DNA of 62,045 bases from a virus (taxonomy: Duplodnaviria > Caudoviricetes): positions 1 to 62,045 of IMG/VR virus record IMGVR_UViG_3300021432_000009; one strand, 5' to 3'. Every line of letters starts with the position of its first letter. Position 1 is the stretch's first letter. The translations under genes and the position numbers were made by a program. The notes beneath the pieces were generated by a model. That model made no database searches. It worked only from the letters and a program-made list of their open reading frames with translations, and had not been told where the DNA came from. Positions 46,931 through 54,638 of this stretch are shown here, piece by piece.

Positions 46931-47184
46931 TTCATATTATCCCGCCGATAGTGTTCGATCCAGTCCTGCTTTACAATCTCAATCTTCCCAATAAAGTCGG
47001 AGAACTCCGTTACTCCGCTGCGTGAGTCGCTCCAGTGCCCGCTCGGTCCCTTCTTAATCATAAAGAGACCGATAATTTCGCCAGCTTCGGCCTCGGCAAG
47101 CGTGCGTCGCAACGTGGCGATAATGTCCTCGCGAATCTCGTCACGAATAGTAGGCTTCGGAACTAGCTGCGCAACGTCACTCAC
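46927..47184 (-). CDS. Hypothetical protein
   Basis: I..L...L.EA..GEI.G; start approximate. Confidence 0.5.
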   Translation of the reverse strand: MSDVAQLVPKPTIRDEIREDIIATLRRTLAEAEAGEIIGLFMIKKGPSGHWSDSRSGVTEFSDFIGKIEIVKQDWIEHYRRDNMK

Positions 47185-47830
47185 CCTTGGCCTCCCACTT
47201 GTCACACACGTCATCTGGCGAAATCGCCCCAGCCACCCAGGTACACGCCCGCAGCCGCGGCAGGAACATTGCGCAGTGCTCGCACGCGCGAGTCTTCCCA
47301 CTCGCCTCTCGGTAGTCCACTTCGTCCTTCTCGAACTTGCTCTTCGCGGCGACCTTCTCCAAGTGTGCGAGCAACTTCGCATCGCCCTCGTAGGGATATA
47401 GGTCGAGATCTGGCGGCACTCGACGGATATCCTCATGCTCAATTGGCATGAAGTCTGGCTCTAGGCCCTTCTCGTACTTCTCCCAGTCGTAGCCGTCGCC
47501 AAGCACTGCGAATTGCTCCGCAGCAGTAGCTAGATGATGGGCAGGCTCATAGCTCTGCTCTGCTTCATGCACTAGCGCCGCCTCGACGCTCTCGTGCACT
47601 TCGATATACTTCGCCAGCGGGACGCCTTCGCTCTTCTCCGGCAGATGGCGGTCGAGGTACACATACGCGCCGTCGCGGGAGATTCCACCCAAGTATGGCA
47701 CGTCGAATGTGTTGCAAAGCTTGCGCCACTTGCGCAGCCGCCGGCCGACGGCCGGATAGCGAATTAGTAGGGCACGTAAGCGCGCGAGCGAGCCCGGTGC
47801 GTCGTCGAATTTACTATCACCTGCGCTCAC
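47177..47830 (-). CDS. HE-motif protein with C-terminal HiPIP-like 4-Cys domain
   Basis: PYLGG.S.DG..Y.DR, HE.VE, AH..A; Y....C..C..F....C..V.G.ISP...C..W. Confidence 0.65.
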   Translation of the reverse strand: MSAGDSKFDDAPGSLARLRALLIRYPAVGRRLRKWRKLCNTFDVPYLGGISRDGAYVYLDRHLPEKSEGVPLAKYIEVHESVEAALVHEAEQSYEPAHHLATAAEQFAVLGDGYDWEKYEKGLEPDFMPIEHEDIRRVPPDLDLYPYEGDAKLLAHLEKVAAKSKFEKDEVDYREASGKTRACEHCAMFLPRLRACTWVAGAISPDDVCDKWEAKGE

Positions 47831-48189
47831 GCGATTATCCTGCCAGGCTCAAGTCCTGCGTATTCTGGCCACGATACTACTGCGTCTATACAAGCCTGCA
47901 CACCAGGGACTGGTCGAATACTGTCAATAGTTTCTCTCGAAATAAACTTGTGAACCTGTTTAGCTGTAAGTGTAATAATACCAGATCGAGAGTCGTATTG
48001 ATGCAATGGAAACTGAGCACGGTCTACTCGAATTAACATTTGGTCAGTATTGATTTGGTATACAGCCAGATACCGCGTGTAGTATGGGTCAAAGTTGCGA
48101 ACTGGCATTAAACTACTCGTACGCACAATGGCTGGCGCAGCCAGGCTGCTAGCAAGACCAACTAGAAGACTTCTGCGAGCAATAAGCAT
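47827..48189 (-). CDS. Twin-arginine signal protein with weak similarity to coat C-terminal strands
   Basis: MLIARRSLLVGLASSLAAPAIVRTSSLMPV; RYLAVYQINTDQMLIRVD. Confidence 0.7.
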   Translation of the reverse strand: MLIARRSLLVGLASSLAAPAIVRTSSLMPVRNFDPYYTRYLAVYQINTDQMLIRVDRAQFPLHQYDSRSGIITLTAKQVHKFISRETIDSIRPVPGVQACIDAVVSWPEYAGLEPGRIIA

Positions 48190-48225
48190 CGTGTAACCTG
48201 ACTGTCCGCTTCGCGGACGACTATG

Positions 48226-48396
48226 CTACGCAGCTTGCTCGCGTTCAATTGCCTTCTTTGCATCGAGCAGAGCCTTCTGGCGAATTGCTACGGCGAGTGC
48301 CTCGATACCCGCTCCGCGAATGCCTCGGTTACGCTGTGCGATATGGAATGCGCGAAGCTCGGCGCATTCGTCAATCATTCGATTAAGCTCTGCCAT
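48226..48396 (-). CDS. 56-aa hypothetical protein
   Basis: Translated by hand; fills the gap between neighbours. Confidence 0.4.
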   Translation of the reverse strand: MAELNRMIDECAELRAFHIAQRNRGIRGAGIEALAVAIRQKALLDAKKAIEREQAA

Positions 48397-48410
48397 CTAG
48401 TATCTCGCGG

Positions 48411-48644
48411 CTAGGCCGTCATATTCGGCAGTGCGATCTTCGGAGCATTTGCTCGCACGCTGTCGCGTTTCGCTCGCTCGGCGCACATGCGGTCGATCCA
48501 GGCGAGGATAGTCTCAGCATTCGTAAGTAGCAAGTCGACACCACCGTTACCGAGTGGAATACCGTGTGTACTGCATAGCTGCGGAAGTCTGCTGGCGCAC
48601 TCTAGTGCTAGCGAAACCGTGGCGCGGTCGGAGACGGCGGTCAT
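48411..48644 (-). CDS. Hypothetical protein
   Basis: Coupled ORF. Confidence 0.55.
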   Translation of the reverse strand: MTAVSDRATVSLALECASRLPQLCSTHGIPLGNGGVDLLLTNAETILAWIDRMCAERAKRDSVRANAPKIALPNMTA

Positions 48645-48880
48645 TCGGCAGCCTCGCGAGCAGTGTTCTTCTCGTGCTCATACACGATCTTCTCATTCTC
48701 AATTCGTTTTAAGTACTCAGCATCGCTTTCAGTGTTCAAGATCATCTTCTTAACTTCGCTGCGAAATACAGCAAGTCGGTTAAGCGCCTTAATTTCCTCG
48801 TCGTATCGAGCCTGAGTCAGCTCAATCATCGTGTCACTTTGCAGATCGTAGGCCATAATAACTTTGCGCTTCGTTGTCAC
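48641..48880 (-). CDS. Hypothetical protein
   Basis: Coupled ORF. Confidence 0.55.
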   Translation of the reverse strand: MTTKRKVIMAYDLQSDTMIELTQARYDEEIKALNRLAVFRSEVKKMILNTESDAEYLKRIENEKIVYEHEKNTAREAAE

Positions 48881-49518
48881 TTTGGCGGCTCCAGTTGTGG
48901 GGTGGCAGTTACGTCGATCAGCGGGGCTTCGTCAGCTTGCGGCGACACGAAGCTCACGTTTACCGTAACGCCGCCGCCAGAGGTGCCCTGCTGCCCTCGT
49001 GCCGCGCCCTTGCTAGGTGCCACCGACCTGTCGAAGGCCATGGCGGCGACCTCAAGCAGTTCGCGATTCTTGAAGTCCTCGGGGGAGTCTTCTAGCCGCT
49101 CCTGTAGCACCTCGACTGCCGTGGCGCCGACTACTGCGAGGCGTCCTGTGGCGTCGAGGAACTGCGCTTGCGCCTCAGCAGCATAGTGCGCGACTAGTTC
49201 GCGGAACGCTGGGTCTTGCGTTTGCAAGCGATATATCGTCGTAATCGCGTGGCCAGTTATGCTTGCGATCTCGGCTGGCTTCTTCCCACTTGCGACGAGG
49301 CGGGCGAGCAGGTGGTGGGAGTAACGGAGACGCTGGACGGACGACTTCGCCGCGCCCACGGGGACGTTGCGCAGAATGTCGATGTCCTCCGCCGTGAGGT
49401 CGCGGACGTAGGAGAAGACGAGCGGCTCGGCGCGCTCCCGGCGGCCCTCGGAGAGGGCTAGAAGGGCGATATCGTCGAGCAATTCGACTGAGGCGGTCAT
49501 GCTGCTGCACTCGGCCAC
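48877..49518 (-). CDS. HTH protein, candidate terminase small subunit
   Basis: H..LARL.A.G....EIA..TG.....I..L..DPAF; C-terminal VNVSF. Confidence 0.55.
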   Translation of the reverse strand: MAECSSMTASVELLDDIALLALSEGRRERAEPLVFSYVRDLTAEDIDILRNVPVGAAKSSVQRLRYSHHLLARLVASGKKPAEIASITGHAITTIYRLQTQDPAFRELVAHYAAEAQAQFLDATGRLAVVGATAVEVLQERLEDSPEDFKNRELLEVAAMAFDRSVAPSKGAARGQQGTSGGGVTVNVSFVSPQADEAPLIDVTATPQLEPPK

Positions 49519-49877
49519 TGTTGGCCTTCGTAGTAGGCCAAGTCGAATGCTGCGTCTTGTCGTGCCATGATAGACTTCGCAACAGACTCAGCAAACTTGT
49601 CCTGCATAGGCTTAATGATACGAGCAGAGTACTCATCGAGTACTAACTCAGGTGGCAGTTCTAATGCTGTCCACTCAGGACGAACTTGCATCGAGCCAAA
49701 CAGGACGTGTAAGCGAGTAATTGACTCGTCGGCTCCAACGTCGTACACAGCAATCTTGCGAAGTGAGATGCCATCGGAGATGGCCTTGACTGGCATAAGC
49801 GACGAGGCGCGAACGATAGCCGGGGCAGCGATGAAGAGCGCTCCTAGACCAGTTATAAAGCTGCGCCGGCTAGTCAT
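49497..49877 (-). CDS. Twin-arginine signal fused to permuted major-capsid fragments
   Basis: MTSRRSFITGLGALFIAAPAIVRA; matches coat residues 368-402 (21/35 identical) then 95-122 (12/28), aligned by hand. Confidence 0.85.
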   Translation of the reverse strand: MTSRRSFITGLGALFIAAPAIVRASSLMPVKAISDGISLRKIAVYDVGADESITRLHVLFGSMQVRPEWTALELPPELVLDEYSARIIKPMQDKFAESVAKSIMARQDAAFDLAYYEGQQWPSAAA

Positions 49878-50260
49878 GCGAAGCTCGCTGTCTGCCGAAT
49901 TGTGAAGTCGCCAGGAAGTCGGATTCGAATAGTACTGCCAATTTTTACACCGGCTTTATTAAACTCGTCGTCGTATTGCGAAATAAACTTGTGTGAGTTC
50001 ACAAATAGCTTAACTGCCTCGCGAGTGATCTCGTTAACTGACAGCAGGCTACCGGTAATTTGGTACGTTGCTGCTTCTTCAAACCATTCAGCCTCCGCGC
50101 CAAGCAGAGGATACATGAAAACTGGTTCTTCTTGGACTGTACTGAGCGCCTTAACTGGCATTAAGCTACTCGCACGCACGATAGCCGGGGCGGCGAACGC
50201 GAATGCGCCGAGGCCAGCGAGAAAGCCGCGGCGAGAGGGGATGAGTAGTTGGTCTGCCAT
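49874..50260 (-). CDS. Twin-arginine signal fused to major-capsid N-terminal fragment
   Basis: SRRGFLAGLGAFAFAAPAIVRA; matches coat residues 4-59 (32/52 identical), aligned by hand. Confidence 0.88.
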   Translation of the reverse strand: MADQLLIPSRRGFLAGLGAFAFAAPAIVRASSLMPVKALSTVQEEPVFMYPLLGAEAEWFEEAATYQITGSLLSVNEITREAVKLFVNSHKFISQYDDEFNKAGVKIGSTIRIRLPGDFTIRQTASFA

Positions 50261-50317
50261 GTGGCGTGTTCCGTGTAACCCGACCGCCCCCCTTGGGGGC
50301 GACTAGCAATGCGTACC

Positions 50318-50779
50318 CTAGAACTTCTTGAGGACTTGCATCTGCAAGATCGCCTGCTTGCCGAACGGACCCTCGCCGGTCGAGACTTGCACGATGAAGC
50401 CCTGCGAGACGGCCTCGTCGAGTATAGCGAGGATTGGCACATAAGCTTCGGCGATGCGAGACTTCAAGTCGGCGGCGATAGCAACGTCAGTTCGGACGGT
50501 GCGCAGGGGGCCATTCTCGCTGCGCGGAAAGTCTGCTACACCGTCAACTATTGCTCTATCCATTCCCCACAACACGCTGCTACGCATGTCCCTGCTGTAT
50601 GACGAGGTTGTTGCACTGCTCAGCGATTGGCTGCGGCGTCGATGCGTCGCAGAGCGCGGCGTCTTCGAGCGTCTGGCAGATCGTGCTTGCGAGGCGAAGC
50701 CGGCCGCAGGCGAGGCAACGGCGACGAGGACGTTCGGCGAAAGGTCGCGAAGAAGTGGGAGGGGTTCAGCGGTGCTCAT
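50318..50779 (-). CDS. Hypothetical protein (start uncertain, possibly 50563)
   Basis: C-terminal ~80 aa look protein-like. Confidence 0.45.
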   Translation of the reverse strand: MSTAEPLPLLRDLSPNVLVAVASPAAGFASQARSARRSKTPRSATHRRRSQSLSSATTSSYSRDMRSSVLWGMDRAIVDGVADFPRSENGPLRTVRTDVAIAADLKSRIAEAYVPILAILDEAVSQGFIVQVSTGEGPFGKQAILQMQVLKKF

Positions 50780-51153
50780 GCTCCGCTCATGCCTTTGCCC
50801 TGCAAGCCGGCGCGGCGGACAGCAGCGCCAAGCTCAGCTGCTGTTGGCCCCTCGCCCTCTTCGTGCGGTTGGTTCCAAGGCGGGTTTGTTCGACTACTAC
50901 CAGCAGATAAACCAGCACTGCCAGCTTCGGGTGGCTTATTGAGCCGGTCTAGCTCGCGTTGGAGTTGCCAGATAACGTCTGGCCCACACACTGCGCTGCT
51001 GTGCGAGACCTGTGCGCGCAGCATTGCGCCGAGCAGGTCCATTGTCTCGACCTTGGCGCTGAGCAATTCGTTTCGGCGACGAAGATGTTCGATTTCGAAC
51101 TTGGCGCTCAAGAGCGCGTCTTTAAGTGGGGTCATCTGAGATGGCTCGGACAT
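50776..51153 (-). CDS. Hypothetical protein
   Basis: GGAG RBS; EI..LRR.NE.L.AK. Confidence 0.6.
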   Translation of the reverse strand: MSEPSQMTPLKDALLSAKFEIEHLRRRNELLSAKVETMDLLGAMLRAQVSHSSAVCGPDVIWQLQRELDRLNKPPEAGSAGLSAGSSRTNPPWNQPHEEGEGPTAAELGAAVRRAGLQGKGMSGA

Positions 51154-51319
51154 GGGCGGTGCTCCGATTGGTGAAGTGCGCAGGGTAGCGTGCGAGGTGG
51201 CGGCCGTCAAGACAGCGCGGCGCGCGTGGCGCGCGATGTGGGGTGTAGCGAAGGTGGGCTGAGCGGCGCGGCCCCGGCGAGAAGCTCACTCGGAACTACC
51301 GTGCTGGGGCCAGCTCACA

Positions 51320-51598
51320 TTAGGCTAAGTCTGTCGCCACAGCTGACGAGTAGCGCGCGACCTCACGAATAACCGCCGCTACGCGCTCATGGAAGCCGTT
51401 CTTCCAGTCTGAGACCCGCAAGGGCGATTCGCTCCACCCGCCCTGCGTAGCAAGCCATTTCTGCCACGCTGCTAGGGCGTCCTCTGGCGTCGTCGCGGTG
51501 CCAGTCAACACGCACTGCTCTGCATAGCACTCTGCTAGCCGTCCGTCGCAGCGATCGCGCTGTAGGCGAGCGGAGATATGTGATGCGAGCGAAATCAT
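51320..51598 (-). CDS. Hypothetical protein
   Basis: ATGA coupling. Confidence 0.5.
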   Translation of the reverse strand: MISLASHISARLQRDRCDGRLAECYAEQCVLTGTATTPEDALAAWQKWLATQGGWSESPLRVSDWKNGFHERVAAVIREVARYSSAVATDLA

Positions 51599-51795
51599 GC
51601 GGCTTCCCTATGGGCGTCCTCTGCGCCCTGCCCGGCTTCGCCGCCGAGCGCGTCGTAGCGCACGACGATGCGCTCCAGCGTGCCGCGAGGCGAGTAGGCG
51701 AATACCTCGTGGCCGCGAACGAATGCAACCGTCCGAGTCGTGCCGTGCGAGGTCACGACTCGTTGCCCAGGGGATACGTGGTAGATGTCTTCCAT
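51595..51795 (-). CDS. Small hypothetical protein
   Basis: GGAG RBS downstream of a promoter. Confidence 0.55.
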   Translation of the reverse strand: MEDIYHVSPGQRVVTSHGTTRTVAFVRGHEVFAYSPRGTLERIVVRYDALGGEAGQGAEDAHREAA

Positions 51796-51817
51796 GTGAG
51801 TGCTCCGGTTTGGCGGT

Positions 51818-51846
51818 GTTATATCACGATCGAAGGCGAATGTCAA
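51818..51846 (-). promoter_or_regulatory. Sigma70 promoter
   Basis: TTGACA-17-TATAAC, TG extended. Confidence 0.8.
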
Positions 51847-52092
51847 CCCCGCGACTATGACATAACTGCGACCGCCGGGCCGGGTTGCGTTAGGCGGCAG
51901 ACATTATGCCGCACTCTGGTGTGGTTTAGATGTCAGTAGTGTGAATTGTGGGCTCAATGATTTTTATCAGATATGAATGCCACTGCTGCCCCGCACAGCG
52001 ACCATCCTTCCTTCTGGCCAGTACCCCCGGTCGGGCCGCCGGCCCGACTTCCCAGCGAGGGAAGGGCGCAGCCTGCGCCCTTCGCGCGCTCG

Positions 52093-52233
52093 CTACTCGC
52101 CCCAATAACCTGGCAGCCATACCATGATATACGAGGTAGTAAGCGGCATGTCTCTGCTATCCCAAATACGCTGGTAGTACATCACGAAGCCAGTGTAGGT
52201 GTCGCCTATGCAGCCTTGGAACCATTGCGCCAT
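52093..52233 (-). CDS. 46-aa aromatic-rich peptide
   Basis: GAGGGAG RBS, own promoter, followed by two GC hairpins (52030-52084). Confidence 0.5.
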   Translation of the reverse strand: MAQWFQGCIGDTYTGFVMYYQRIWDSRDMPLTTSYIMVWLPGYWGE

Positions 52234-52267
52234 CGCCTTGCTCCCTCTGTTCCAACCCAACAAGACT

Positions 52268-52296
52268 ACTATAGCACGCAGCGGGACGGTTGTCAA
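52268..52296 (-). promoter_or_regulatory. Sigma70 promoter
   Basis: TTGACA-17-TATAGT, TG extended. Confidence 0.8.
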
Positions 52297-52311
52297 GGGT
52301 TATTCGTCTGC

Positions 52312-52667
52312 GTTGTCGCGACTTGTTGCGTTATGTCGGACGGCGTAGTCGGTCTCCTATGTTGTTTGAACCTACCGTGTGTCGCATGGGTGGGTCGGCT
52401 GGCCGTAGGCCACCAATGTAATTACACACGTGGGCCGTAGGGCGCATCCTGCCTCGCACTGCTTATGGGCCACGAGGTGGGACCCCTTGCCTCAGATTGT
52501 GGCTTTTCTGTGTCTTTCTGATGATATTTTTTTTATAGACAGACTCAGACACACGAGCACGCCACGTGGCCTACACGAACACGGGCCACGCGACAGAGGC
52601 ACGGTAGGTCGAAACAACAACGGTGTCCGACTACGCGGGCAGACGTAACGCAACAATCAGGCACAAC
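52312..52667. repeat. Long imperfect inverted repeat around a T-tract (candidate origin or packaging region)
   Basis: ~100-bp arms 52312-52413 and 52566-52667, plus an inner hairpin 52499-52565. Confidence 0.75.
52407..52436. repeat. Dispersed dyad repeat copy D
   Basis: AGGCCAC-CAA-TGTAATTACA-CAC-GTGGGCC. Confidence 0.8.
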
Positions 52668-52714
52668 CGTGCCCGACTATCGCATTCGCTTCCACAATCG
52701 CACGCTACGCGAAA

Positions 52715-52960
52715 CTATTTCACGCTAACGACCTTGCCGTCCTTCACAACCGCTTTCGCGTACCAGCTATGTGCTGCCGGACAGTGCGGGCCTTCGAGGT
52801 ATATTGTGCCGTCCTTCGGCTCATTGCCACCAAACGGGCCAGGCTGATGGTACGTCACCGCGCGACCTGCGCGCTCGCCATCTATTCCCTTCAATGTGTT
52901 GTAGGCTTCGACGGCAGCCTTGAGTTCCTTCTTTGTCTTAAAGTTGCGGTCTGTATACAT
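52715..52960 (-). CDS. Hypothetical protein
   Basis: GGGGAG RBS; NFKTKKELK...EGPH.P..H.WYA. Confidence 0.75.
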   Translation of the reverse strand: MYTDRNFKTKKELKAAVEAYNTLKGIDGERAGRAVTYHQPGPFGGNEPKDGTIYLEGPHCPAAHSWYAKAVVKDGKVVSVK

Positions 52961-52987
52961 CGCTATCTCCCCTTGTTTCGATGGCAC

Positions 52988-53016
52988 AACATAGCACAAC
53001 TAACTCGTTGTGTCAA
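52988..53016 (-). promoter_or_regulatory. Sigma70 promoter
   Basis: TTGACA-17-TATGTT, TG extended; CACAAC/GTTGTG dyad overlapping the spacer. Confidence 0.7.
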
Positions 53017-53019
53017 CCC

Positions 53020-53245
53020 CTATTCGTCGCCTTCGACTCCATCGGGTTGAAAGCCCGCGTACCGATCGCTCAGCCTCGCCCACGGATGGCATGCCGCAAC
53101 AGCGCACACAGACCCGAAGTGCACTACCTCGCCACTATCCACGTGCTCGAGCACAACCGTATGTGACAACTCTGTGTTGCCACAACAATCGCAACAGAGC
53201 ACCTCGTCGCTCGTGCCGAGCCGAATGAATAATGGTTGCATCATG
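53020..53245 (-). CDS. Zn-binding hypothetical protein
   Basis: AGGAG RBS; CDCCG...L..TV......FG..CA. Confidence 0.6.
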
Positions 53246-53362
53246 CGCTCCTGATCGTTGCCGTTGGCTCGTCGAGCCACTAAATTGCCACGCTGTCCCG
53301 CACGTCGTCGTGCGACATTGGTAGAGATATTCTTGCATCGTTATCTCCCATTTGTTATCGCG

Positions 53363-53391
53363 AGTATAGCGCACAAACGCGTGTTTGTCAA
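53363..53391 (-). promoter_or_regulatory. Sigma70 promoter (leftward of a divergent pair)
   Basis: TTGACA-17-TATACT. Confidence 0.8.
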
Positions 53392-53437
53392 CCCATAATC
53401 TGCACAAAATTTGTGCAACCGCGCGCACAATCGCCCA

Positions 53438-53466
53438 TTGACAACGCCGCACACATGTGCTATGCT
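53438..53466 (+). promoter_or_regulatory. Sigma70 promoter (rightward of a divergent pair)
   Basis: TTGACA-17-TATGCT, TG extended. Confidence 0.8.
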
Positions 53467-53654
53467 GGTCGTTCAACCAATGGAGTTGCCATGCACGTAT
53501 ACCCTGGCGACGTTATCGAACATAACGGCCGGCGCGCACGAGTCATGTGTGTTGTTGGCACGCGCGTCACCGTCGAGTGGTGTAACGGCCGTATTCAATC
53601 CGGCCCAATGCGCGCCCTTTGGATGGTCACGCTGGTCGCGTGCGGCGTGCACCT

Positions 53655-53876
53655 ATGACGCGCGTGGTCATTACGGACGATGCCATGCGCGCGATCCGCG
53701 CCGCCGCAACGCACGGGTTCGCACAAACGGGCGTGCGTTGCGCGGGCGGGTGGCGCGTGCCGTTCCACCCCGACACATTAGAACGCATCCACGACCACGC
53801 CATGCCCGGCGAAACCGTATCGGACGTAATCGTCCGAGTCTGTTCCATCGCGGCATCGGCCGGGCGGCGCCAGTAA
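53655..53876 (+). CDS. Small putative DNA-binding protein
   Basis: PGETVSDVI.R motif; ATGA coupling. Confidence 0.5.
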   Translation: MTRVVITDDAMRAIRAAATHGFAQTGVRCAGGWRVPFHPDTLERIHDHAMPGETVSDVIVRVCSIAASAGRRQ

Positions 53877-53908
53877 CATTTCGTGATAATTGTTTCACCC
53901 TTTCGAGC

Positions 53909-53937
53909 TTGCCTTTCCTCCGAACTTGAGTTATAAC
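53909..53937 (+). promoter_or_regulatory. Sigma70 promoter
   Basis: TTGCCT-17-TATAAC. Confidence 0.6.
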
Positions 53938-53995
53938 AATGCCATTGGTTAGGGGACGCGCACCGCGAAACCGCCAAAACCAAACGGAGCGAATT

Positions 53996-54490
53996 ATGTC
54001 TGAGGATAGCAATCTCACTTACGCCACTTGGACGGTCAATGCGAACGATCTGCCCGCGGCAGCGGTCAAGTACCTCCTGCAGAACGGCTTTTCGCAATCC
54101 ATGACTGACGCGGCGGCCTTCACCAAGGCGCAGAAGGAAGGGAAGAGCGAAGCCGAAGTCGCCGCCATGGCGACCGAGGCGCGGCAGAAGCGTTTCGACG
54201 CAATACTCGCCGGCTCCGTCGGAACTCGCGTCGGCGGCCCGAGGCTCAGCCCCGTGGATCGCGCCAAGAACGACATCGTCGACGAGCGCCTCGCCGCGAT
54301 TTGCAAAGCCCGCAACGTCGCCATGCCCAAGGGCGACGTGTTGAAGTCCGCCAAGGCCAAGATCATGGCGAAATTCGCGAGCGAGATTACTCGCGAAGCC
54401 GAAGCCCGCGTTGCCAAGACCGCTGCCGAAGTCGCGGCCATGGGCGATATCTTCGGCGAGGACGAGCCTGCGGCGCAAGCGGCCGAGTAG
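53996..54490 (+). CDS. Hypothetical helical protein
   Basis: GGAG RBS; YLL..GF.Q...DA.A; 9-bp hairpin downstream at 54527-54552. Confidence 0.75.
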   Translation: MSEDSNLTYATWTVNANDLPAAAVKYLLQNGFSQSMTDAAAFTKAQKEGKSEAEVAAMATEARQKRFDAILAGSVGTRVGGPRLSPVDRAKNDIVDERLAAICKARNVAMPKGDVLKSAKAKIMAKFASEITREAEARVAKTAAEVAAMGDIFGEDEPAAQAAE

Positions 54491-54638
54491 CGCAAGGTAT
54501 AGAAGGGCGCGTGTTAGATCGCCTGGCCGGCAGGAAGGTTCAGTCCTGCCGGTCACTCACTGAGCCTCCCTACTGCGTGGCGCGCAAATGCGCCACGGCT
54601 CTTTCGCGCCTTCGGCGCGAGCAACGCGAGGCAAAGCA

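Noticed and set aside
49497-50260. Pseudogene of a second capsid gene
   Set aside because: Both ORFs are intact, translationally coupled and have their own signal peptides, and the segments are reordered; neutral decay is not excluded but fits poorly
1344-52436. CRISPR repeats (30-bp dyad plus Cas4-like nuclease)
   Set aside because: Copies are kilobases apart and not arrayed with spacers; the nuclease sits in a standard recombination module
52518-52616. Hammerhead ribozyme (CTGATGA ... GAAAC)
   Set aside because: The required stems around the core motifs could not be formed
53627-54556. Long antisense ORFs (also 6402-7292, 15478-16227, 23250-24161, 43619-44434)
   Set aside because: Shadow frames of well-supported genes in GC-rich DNA, with no RBS or motifs
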